64,000 bases of DNA, taken from Neoechinorhynchus agilis (lineage: Eukaryota; Animalia; Acanthocephala). The DNA is taken from the NCBI GenBank assembly GCA_051530055.1, contig CM121341.1:19074784-19138783 (forward strand), read 5' to 3'. A program made the translations under genes and the position numbers. The notes beneath the pieces were generated by a model that worked only from the letters and a program-made list of their open reading frames with translations, did no database searches and was not told where the DNA came from. The number at the start of each line of letters is the position of its first letter. Position 1 is the stretch's first letter. Of this stretch, positions 10,784 through 21,210 are shown piece after piece.

Positions 10784-13700
10784 GCGAAAATGATGAACAA
10801 AAAGACAGGGACATCCGATTTAAAGGGATGATGATTTGTCTTCTTCTGATTCGCAAATTATTGTAGTCAGTTTTTCAATTGTTCTAAAAAGCACGAATTT
10901 CTGTCTCATTCAAATATTTCTTAATTGCGAAAATGATGATCGAAACCGATTTTTAGAGATGATGATTTGTCTTCTTCTGATTCGCAAATTATTGTGGTCA
11001 GTTTTTTAATTGCTTTAAAAACCACGAATCGCTGCCTATCATTCAAATATTTCTTAATTGCGAAAATGATGATCGAAACCGATTTTTAGAGATGATGATT
11101 TGTCTTCTTCTGATTCGCAAATTATTGTAGTCAGTTTTTTAATTGCTTTAAAAACCACGAATCCCTGTCTAATTCAAATATTTCTTAATTGCGAAAATGA
11201 TGATCGAAAGATAGGGACATCCGATTTTTAGAGATGATGATTTGTCTTCTTCTGATTCGCAAATTATTGTAGGCAGTTTTTCAATTGCTTTAAAAAGCAC
11301 GAATCGCTGCCTATCATTCAAATATTTCTTAACTGCGAAAATGATGATCGAAAGACAGGGACATCTGATTTTTAGAGATGATGATTTGTCTTCTTTTGAT
11401 TCGCAAATTATTGTAGGCAGTTTTTCAATTGCTTTGAAAACCACGAATCGCTGCCTATCATTCAAATATTTCTTAACAGCGAAAATGATGATCGAAAGAC
11501 AGGGACATCCGATTTAAAGGGATGATGATTTGTCTTCTTCTGATTCGCAAATTATTGTAGTCAGTTTTTCAATTGTTCTAAAAAGCACGAATCTCTGTCT
11601 CATTCAAATATTTCTTAACTGCGAAAATGATGATCGAAAGACAGGGACATCCGATTTTTAGAGATGATGATTTGTCTTCTTCTGATTCGCAAATTATTGT
11701 AGGCAGTTTTTCAATTGCTTTGAAAACCACGAATCGCTGCCTATCATTCAAATATTTCTTAACCGCGAAAATGATGATCGAAAGACAGGGACATCCGATT
11801 TAAAGGGATGATGATTTGTCTTCTTCTGATTCGCAAATTATTGTAGTCAGTTTTTCAATTGTTCTAAAAAGCACGAATCTCTGTCTCATTCAAATATTTC
11901 TTAACTGCGAAAATGATGATCGAAAGACAGGGACATCCGATTTTTAGAGATGATGATTTGTCTTCTTGTTATTCGTCAATTATTGTAGGCAGTTTTTTAA
12001 TTGCTTTAAAAACCACGAATCGCTGCCTATCATTCAAATATTTCCTAACTGCGAAAATGATGATCGAAAGACAGGGACATCCGATTTAAAGGGATGATGA
12101 TTTGTCTTCTTCTGATTCGCAAATTATTGTAGTCAGTTTTTCAATTGTTCTAAAAAGCACGAATCTCTGTCTCATTCAAATATTTCTTGACTGCGAAAAT
12201 GATGATCGAAAGACGGGGACATCCGATTTTTAGAGATGATGATTTGTCTTCTTTTGATTCGCAAATTATTGTAGGCAGTTTTTCAATTGTTTTAAAAACC
12301 ACGAATCGCTGTCTCATTCAAATATTTCTTAACTGCGAAAATGATGATCGAAAGACAGGGACATCCGATTTTTAGAGATGATGATTTGTCTTCTTCTGAT
12401 TCGCAAATTATTGTAGGCAGTTTTTCAATTGTTCTAAAAAGCACGAATCTCTGTCTCATTCAAATATTTCTTAACTGCGAAAATGATGATCGAAAGACAG
12501 GGACATCCGATTTTTAGAGATGATGATTTGTCTTCTTCTGATTCGCAAATTATTGTAGGCAGTTTTTCAATTGCTTTGAAAACCACGAATCGCTGCCTAT
12601 CATTCAAATATTTCTTAACCGCGAAAATGATGATCGAAAGACAGGGACATCCGATTTAAAGGGATGATGATTTGTCTTCTTCTGATTCGCAAATTAGTAG
12701 TCAGTTTTTCAATTGTTCTAAAAAGCACGAATCTCTGTCTCATTCAAATATTTCTTAACTGCGAAAATGATGATCGAAAGACAGGGACATCCGATTTAAA
12801 GAGATGATGATTTGTCTTCTTCTGATTCGCAAATTATTGTAGTCAGTTTTTCAATTGCTTTAAAAACCACGAATCTCTGTCTCATTCAAATATTTCTTAA
12901 CTGCGAAAATGATGATCGAAAGACAGGGACATCCGATTTTTAGAGATGATGATTTGTCTTCTTCTGATTCGCAAATTATTGTAGTCAGTTTTTCAATTGT
13001 TCTAAAAAGCACGAATCTCTGTCTCATTCAAATATTTCTTAACTGCGAAAATGATGATCGAAAGACAGGGACATCCGATTTTTAGAGATGATGATTTGTC
13101 TTCTTCTGATTCGCAAATTATTGTAGTCAGTTTTTCAATTGCTTTAAAAACCACGAATCTCTGTCTCATTCAAATATTTCTTAACTGCGAAAATGATGAT
13201 CGAAAGACAGGGACATCCGATTTTTAGAGATGATGATTTGTCTTCTTCTGATTCGCAAATTATTGTAGTCAGTTTTTCAATTGTTCTAAAAAGCACGAAT
13301 CTCTGTCTCATTCAAATATTTCTTAACTGCGAAAATGATGATCGAAAGACAGGGACATCCGATTTTTAGAGATGATGATTTGTCTTCTTCTGATTCGCAA
13401 ATTATTGTAGGCAGTTTTTCAATTGCTTTGAAAACCACGAATCGCTGCCTATCATTCAAATATTTCTTAACCGCGAAAATGATGATCGAAAGACAGGGAC
13501 ATCCGATTTTTAGAGATGATGATTTGTCTTCTTCTGATTCGCAAATTATTGTAGTCAGTTTTTCAATTGTTCTAAAAAGCACGAATCTCTGTCTCATTCA
13601 AATATTTCTTAACTGCGAAAATGATGATCGAAAGACAGGGACATCCGATTTTTAGAGATGATGATTTGTCTTCTTCTGATTCGCAAATTATTGTAGGCAG

Positions 13701-16020
13701 TTTTTCAATTGCTTTGAAAACCACGAATCGCTGCCTATCATTCAAATATTTCTTAACCGCGAAAATGATGATCGAAAGACAGGGACATCCGATTTAAAGG
13801 GATGATGATTTGTCTTCTTCTGATTCGCAAATTATTGTAGTCAGTTTTTCAATTGTTCTAAAAAGCACGAATCTCTGTCTCATTCAAATATTTCTTAACT
13901 GCGAAAATGATGATCGAAAGACAGGGACATCCGATTTTTAGAGATGATGATTTGTCTTCTTCTGATTCGCAAATTATTGTAGGCAGTTTTTCAATTGCTT
14001 TGAAAACCACGAATCGCTGCCTATCATTCAAATATTTCTTAACCGCGAAAATGATGATCGAAAGACAGGGACATCCGATTTAAAGGGATGATGATTTGTC
14101 TTCTTCTGATTCGCAAATTATTGTAGTCAGTTTTTCAATTGTTCTAAAAAGCACGAATCTCTGTCTCATTCAAATATTTCTTAACTGCGAAAATGATGAT
14201 CGAAAGACAGGGACATCCGATTTAAAGAGATGATTTGTCTTCTTCTGATTCGCAAATTATTGTAGTCAGTTTTTCAATTGCTTTAAAAACCACGAATCTC
14301 TGTCTCATTCAAATATTTCTTAACTGCGAAAATGATGATCGAAAGACAGGGACATCCGATTTTTAGAGATGATGATTTGTCTTCTTCTGATTCGCAAATT
14401 ATTGTAGTCAGTTTTTCAATTGCTTTAAAAACCACGAATCGCTGTCTCATTCAAATATTTCTTAACCGCGAAAATGATGATCGAAAGACAGGGACATCCG
14501 ATTTTTAGAGATGATGATTTGTCTTCTTCTGATTCGCAAATTATTGTAGTCAGTTTTTCAATTGTTCTAAAAAGCACGAATCTCTGTCTCATTCAAATAT
14601 TTCTTAACTGCGAAAATGATGATCGAAAGACAGGGACATCCGATTTTTAGAGATGATGATTTGTCTTCTTCTGATTCGCAAATTATTGTAGGCAGTTTTT
14701 CAATTGCTTTGAAAACCACGAATCGCTGCCTATCATTCAAATATTTCTTAACCGCGAAAATGATGATCGAAAGACAGGGACATCCGATTTAAAGGGATGA
14801 TGATTTGTCTTCTTCTGATTCGCAAATTATTGTAGTCAGTTTTTCAATTGTTCTAAAAAGCACGAATCTCTGTCTCATTCAAATATTTCTTAACTGCGAA
14901 AATGATGATCGAAACCGATTTTTAGAGATGATGATTTGTCTTCTTCTGATTCGCAAATTATTGTAGGCAGTTTTTCAATTGCTTTGAAAACCACGAATCG
15001 CTGCCTATCATTCAAATATTTCTTAACCGCGAAAATGATGATCGAAAGACAGGGACATCCGATTTAAAGGGATGATGATTTGTCTTCTTCTGATTCGCAA
15101 ATTATTGTAGTCAGTTTTTCAATTGTTCTAAAAAGCACGAATCTCTGTCTCATTCAAATATTTCTTAACTGCGAAAATGATGATCGAAAGACAGGGACAT
15201 CCGATTTTTAGAGATGATGATTTGTCTTCTTCTGATTCGCAAATTATTGTAGGCAGTTTTTCAATTGCTTTGAAAACCACGAATCGCTGCCTATCATTCA
15301 AATATTTCTTAACCGCGAAAATGATGATCGAAAGACAGGGACATCCGATTTAAAGGGATGATTTGTCTTCTTCTGATTCGCAAATTATTGTAGTCAGTTT
15401 TTCAATTGTTCTAAAAAGCACGAATCTCTGTCTCATTCAAATATTTCTTAACTGCGAAAATGATGATCGAAAGACAGGGACATCCGATTTTTAGAGATGA
15501 TGATTTGTCTTCTTCTGATTCGCAAATTATTGTAGTCAGTTTTTCAATTGTTCTAAAAAGCACGAATCGCTGCCTCATTCAAATATTTCTTAACTGCGAA
15601 AATGATGATCGAAAGACAGGGACATCGATTTTTAGAGATGATGATTTGTCTTTTTATTCGCAATTATTGTAGCAGTTTTTAATTGTTTAAAAACACGGGT
15701 CGATTTAAAGAGATGATGATTTGTCTTCTTCTTATTCGCAAATTATTGTAGTCAGTTTTTCAATTGTTGTAAAACCACGAATCGCTGCTCATCAAATATT
15801 TCTTAACTGCGAAAATCATGAACAAAAAGACAGGGACATCCGATTTAAAGAGATGATTTGTCTTCTTCTTATTCGCAAATTATTGTAGGCAGTTTTTCAA
15901 TTGCTTTAAAAAGCACGAATCTCTGTCTCAATCAAATATTTCTTAGCTGGGAAAATGATGATCGAAAGACAGGGACATCGGATTTATTGAGATGTATATT
16001 TGTCTTCTTCCAATTCGCGA
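10784..16020 (+). ncRNA. Array of box C/D snoRNA genes (SNORD74/snR64-like), one 70-nt gene per repeat unit
   Basis: Each unit: GCGAA stem - ATGATGA (C) - guide AGACAGGGACAT - CCGA (D'; CTGA in the unit at 11335) - ATGATGA (C') - TTTGTCTTCTT - CTGA (D) - TTCGC stem. The guide is antisense to the LSU rRNA UGUCCCU(A/G)UCU tract. Confidence 0.82.
11621..11690 (+). ncRNA. Representative intact box C/D snoRNA unit
   Basis: Stem 11621-25, C 11627-33, guide 11639-50, D' 11651-54, C' 11664-70, D 11682-85, stem 11686-90. Spacing matches kink-turn geometry. Confidence 0.85.
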
Positions 16021-16580
16021 ATTGTTATAATTAGTTTTTAATTGCTTGGCAACACAGAATTTGTTCGATTTCTTTAAAATATTTCTTAACCTCGAAAATG
16101 ATGAACAAAAAGACAGGGACATCCGATTTAAAGTTAAAATCATTTTTTCGTCTGATTCTTGTTTTATTGATGTATTTTTTGCTTTTTTGCGAAAAATGTT
16201 AAAGTATTTTTAATTTTTTGGTTAAAACTTTTAGCTTGAACCTGTAAAAAAATCATAAGGCGACGAATTATTGCTTGTGTACTACACTCAATCCGACATT
16301 TTGCGCATCTTTATGTTCGCAGCTTTAGGTCAAGAATTCAGCTGCTTTTAATTATTCAAAGACGATATTTAGAAGCCGTGGAATTGTGTGACGGTTTCAC
16401 ACGCTTAGAAGGATAAAAATAGATCTATAAAAGTAACGATGTGAATGGAGGAACATCTTTATCCTCCTTTTCCCTCGAGGATGCATCCAGCAGTTCCTTT
16501 CTGAATTGCACAGCTGATGATTCTGTCTTTTGATATCCACATTCACTCAATCGTTTAAAAATTCGCGTAACCAAAGGTTT

Positions 16581-17534
16581 TCAAATTAAAATGCTTGATT
16601 TTACGTTAAATATATTTTTCGGGCAGATATTGACCGACGTGGTCTCAGAATCTTGCACACTGCTGCGACTTTTTGTCGTCTTCATAGTGTAAACGATTGT
16701 TAGCTTGTGAGAGTGTCGTCCTAGGTATCTCCGGAGCATCCGATCATAACGTGGACATGGAAATGTTGGTGGAGATTTCTGTTTTTCCATTTCTTCCTTT
16801 TTCTGATTCTCGTAGACTTCTATTAGATCTTGACAACAGAGAGAATTTCGCAAGAGTAATTTTTTTAGTGAGCCTTTCAAGCTCTTTCCCGGGGTTCCTC
16901 TTGGACGGTGGCCGTTTTCAATTTCTCCGGATAGAATCTGCTTCAAAAGGCCGGTGTTAAGGCGGCGTTGGATACGTCCAATCAAGTGGAATTGGTGCTT
17001 CAAACTCATACCTAAAATACTTGCGATTTTATATTGTTTATCCTATCTTCCCACTTTACTCAAGCGTTCAAGATTGTTGATTTGTTTTCTATAAAGTGTC
17101 CATCTTTCACAGCCATATAAAAGAGTTGATAGGACAACAGCCGTCCGCTATTTGAAAACAGGATTGTATAGACGACAATACGCAACGCGAGAGGCTCACA
17201 TTCTACTCTGGCTATCTGGAGTGAGATCGTTGTTACTGGTGATGCTGCTGCCACGATAGCATAATCTTCCGACTCTTTCTACCGGTTGGTTGTTGCTGTG
17301 TAGTGCTCCTTGAAGGAAGTCTCGGGAAATTGGCTGAATCATGTGCTTAGTTTCATCGACGTTCACTAATAGCCCGGCCACATTGTACGCGTTAGTGAAC
17401 AGATCCGTGCTGCTGTGAAGATCGTCCAAGGATGTTGCTAGAACTTCATTTTCATGAACGTACTGTAGCTCTGTTACATTGATGGAGAATGTTTTCGAGA
17501 TCGATTTCAGACATCTGAGATTGAACAGCACCAA
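16581..17534 (-). mobile_element. Degenerate RTE-clade non-LTR retrotransposon 3' part
   Basis: Fragments FTNAYNVAGLLVNVDETKHM, YRGSSIT, LLKQILSGEIENGHRPRG and a terminal CPRYDR..LGRHSH across several frames. Confidence 0.65.
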
Positions 17535-17643
17535 ATTTGTTTATGGAATGTTTACTTGAGATTGGCTAACTTTGATCCGAAAGAATTTACTTCTTTTGAA
17601 TCGTTGATGGTTGTTTGTACTTGTGTTTAGCCGATATTTTAGA

Positions 17644-19653
17644 ATGTTTGGGAACTTTTCTAAGACTTTGGTTCAATCTAGCGGAGGTGGCTTGTTCGGT
17701 AGCAGTGCAGTGCCAAAAACAACGGCTTCAACGTCCAATAGCATTTTTGGTATGAGCTCGCTGGCGACCCCTGCTGCTCGTGGCACAACGGTTAAATTTG
17801 AACCTGTTACGCTGACTGAGATGGTCAAAAAAGGGAATACGAATGTGAAACAAAACTTAAAGTACATGTCAGTCTGTTTTATGAAGAATTATGAGAGTAA
17901 AAGCATTGAGGAACTAAGATGGGAGGATTATGATGATGGAAGGAAGGGGAAGCCTGTGCCTACGACAACTGCTCCTTCATTGGCTATAACACCGAGTAGT
18001 GGACTTTTTGGCGCTACTGTGGCAACTCCAACGCCCGCTACTACTACATCTTCTACTAGCTTATTCGGTTCTACATTTACGTCTGGATTCGGTACTAGCA
18101 GCACAGGTGGAAACTTCTTTAAGTCAGCCACAACTCCTGCAACGACCACAACTAGTTCATTGTTTGGTGCATCAAAACCAAGCATTTTCGGATCCACGAT
18201 AACGCCCGCGGCTACCACTACTTCGTCATCTTTATTTGGATTTGGCGTCAATAAACCATTTGGTGCTACTTCTACGACTACTGCGTCTTTAACTCCGTTC
18301 GGGTTTGGATCAACTTCAGCAGCAGCAACTACTACCACGAGCTCTCTCTTCGGTTCGTCCATCTTTGGCGGATCTTCGTCAACTGCACTAACAGCGAGCA
18401 AACCCTCTGGACTATTTGGAGGGTTCGCATCGTCAACTACGACCGCGACGTCAACGCCAAGTTTGTTCGCTTCTTCATTTTCAACGCCTGCAACCACACA
18501 ATCAAGCTTGTTTGGAACAACTACGGGCAGTGTCTTTGGCTCAAATTCCATAGCGACACCTGCTGGAGCTTTTGGAGCAAGTTCGTTGTTCGCATCAAAG
18601 CCTCTATCTCTTGCCACTTCAGCCCCGGTCATTGCTTCGACCCCAGTAACCACGACTCCATCGCGATCACCACAGGAAATCGCACGAAAAATGCTCCATC
18701 ATGTTCATTCGCTTCCATATCGCGCACTCTACGAAAATAAAGAATTTCATAAGTACCAGCAAGAAATGATGGAAGCCAAGGAGCGGATGAACGAGCCCTT
18801 AAAACTAAAACCTCTTATTTCTTCCTTCGCGCCGAGCACCCCTAGCATCATCAACAAATCAATCGATGTCTATCTTAAGTCGAAGAATCAAAGTCGATAT
18901 TCCGATAATTTCAAACAGAATACAGTGCCCGTTTTGCGACCCATTGCTCCAAACTTTAGGCGACTTGTCTTGGAACCTTTTGTCGATGAAGTAGATAATG
19001 GACAAGATGAGATTTCAGGTACTTTTGATGAACAAAATACACTTCTTTCACGTCCTGTTGTTACCCTGACAAGACCAGACTATTATACGGAACCACCGTT
19101 AAAAAGAGAAGATCAGACATTTTGGTAACCTTTCCATTAGTTTTGCCTATCAGAAATCGGTTTAAATCTCTTTGTATGCAGTAAGCGTCACCGGCTTACT
19201 TTCATTTGATCGAAATCGATGCCTCTTTTTATCTTCGTTTGATCTTTTTGAATAGATGAACTTAGTGTGGATCCGATAACTGGCAAATGTATGGTTCGCG
19301 ACTTTACAGTCCACCGACGTGCAGTGGGATCGATTCGGTGGCCCGGAGTGACCGATGTACGGAACATGAATCTGGACGAGATTGTGTCAATTGAACACAT
19401 GGAGATATTCGTGTATCCTTCTGGTACTGAACGGCCCATGGTTGGTGACGGTCTCAATAAACCGGCGTTCGTAACGCTCCATGGAGTGTTCCCATTTGAT
19501 GATGCGAGGAATGAGTTTGTAAAGGACCCAGAAGCTATCAAAATAATGGAGTTTCCCAAGTACGTCGAGGAGCAGACTGAACTAATGCCGGCCCAATTCA
19601 TTACTTATGATAATTTACGAGGTACGTGGGTCTTTAAAGTCAATCACTTTTGA
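17644..19653 (+). CDS. NUP98: Nucleoporin Nup98 (FG/GLFG repeats, GLEBS, autoprotease domain), no Nup96 fusion; intron about 19125-19265
   Basis: MFG start, GLFG/SLFG repeats, GLEBS motif GTTVKFEP...YESKSIEELRWEDY, YYTEP, and NKPAFVTLHGV...YDNLRGTWVFKVNHF*. Confidence 0.95.
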
Positions 19654-20547
19654 AAAAAGGCCTTAGTTTTTGAACAACAACTTTAATGGAAGGTGATGAT
19701 GCTGCATCTGTCGCAAGGTTTGAACAGTCACAATGAACATGCCAGATCATCACGCTGATTTAAACATAATATAGCAGAATCGAAATAAAGCCCTCATTTC
19801 ACCGGCTGTATCCATCTGGGTTTTGTTTATTTTGACCGTAAACTATAGATTCACCACGCCATTTTCACATAACGAATCTGACAATGTACAAAAAGCGTTA
19901 TTTTAAACATTCGGTGTCACATCAAGAGTTCAAGAATTTCTCATTGTGTGCAAAAGGTATTGGAATAGTTCTACAGTTCACGGTTTGAAAACGTTTTAAC
20001 ACACAACAACTTCAGCCTATGAATTGTGTTTTGTTACCCAATAGAGAAAACTGCCCTGCACTGATAACCACCAATCTCCAAAATAACGAGCCACATTCAT
20101 TAAACCCAGTTAGAGTCGTTCGGCGTTTCTGTTGAGGTAGTTATAATTTTTTCTTTAAAAATAGTGCAAAGCAGCCTTCAACGGCACTTTTTGAACACCG
20201 AAAATCTCACTGCACTATTACAAGCCTTGTAAAACATCCCAATATTGCTATGACAAACACTAGTCACCTACATTTTTGTGGTAGGTGGCGCTCGAAGCCG
20301 AATTGGCTGGTTCAGGACAAAACATATCATGACTGACTCCTCCCTGCTCTCTTTTGCCGTCATCACCAAGGAACCCGGAGCAGTGGTACCGCTAACCCTC
20401 GGCCTTCGGGAAGGTCGATCTGCTGCTCTCGCGTCAAGTGTCAGCGGCATCAGCGCTCGCACTGCTCTGAGTCCCTTGGTGATGAAGACATTTGTTTACC
20501 AAGCCAACAACTTCCACTGCTGATTGCTTTATCTTTATCCCCAGGTC

Positions 20548-21056
20548 AGCAACCGCCGGTAACATTGACAAGTTAGCGTTGTATGAGCGGTGTATAAAGG
20601 AAAACAACACCACGATGTTCCCAAAGCTCCATGTTTCATTGCAGGACCAGGCTTTTGCCCAACCATTGATTCATGAGATCTGCCTACACCTGAACAGAGT
20701 TCAAAAACACTTGCAAAACTTATTCTCCGACTGTCAACCCGAGAAACACGTTTGGGTGGTGAAGCCGTTTACCGTTGCAGAGGACGCTATTCCAGATGAA
20801 GAGTTCCTAATGAAATTATGCAAAAGAAACAAGTTCAGCCGTCATAAAATAAATTAGCAATGGACTCTAATTGCCTAATGATGGGAAATAAAAAAGATAC
20901 TGTACTCAACTGCTTCTTATATCGCCTTTTTTCTAATATGTGCTTGAACCGCACCGTCTAATTAATTGTACGCAAAACACGAATTACATTTTCCCAGGTA
21001 TATTTTCGGTTTCTAAGGTGGGTTCACTATCGCAAATCAACTTTGGGTCGTGACCA
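20548..21056 (+). mobile_element. hAT (Buster/Charlie-like) transposase C-terminal remnant with its 3' subterminal region
   Basis: MFPKLHVSL..IHEICLHLNRVQKHLQNLFS..WVVKPF resembles the Buster-type C-terminus. 20846-21056 recurs inverted at 60656-60865. Confidence 0.6.
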
Positions 21057-21210
21057 CAAAAAGGTATTTAAACCTATCACGTGGTTCGAATGTTCCCAAG
21101 GATACATGACTCCTCTACTTTGAACAATAAAATGTATTATTATAATTTCTTGCGCAACGAATCTCTAACGCATCCTTAAGAAATCACGTTTTTAATTTCT
21201 CTTGAATTTT

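Larger units (their letters stand above)
10680..16132 (+). repeat. Tandem array of about 39 units of 142/144 bp, partly as a 286-bp dimeric higher-order repeat
   Basis: Counted starts of GCGAAAATGATGA from 10784 to about 16091. Spacing is mostly 142 or 144 bp and the edge units are degenerate. Confidence 0.99.

Noticed and set aside
10680-16132. CRISPR array or protein-coding repeat (ORFs such as MMIERQGHPIFRDD)
   Set aside because: Spacers are near-identical rather than unique, there are no cas genes, and the context is eukaryotic. The ORFs break frame every one or two units and occur on both strands.
17928-18653. 241-aa antisense ORF inside Nup98
   Set aside because: A shadow of Thr/Ser/Gly-rich low-complexity codons.
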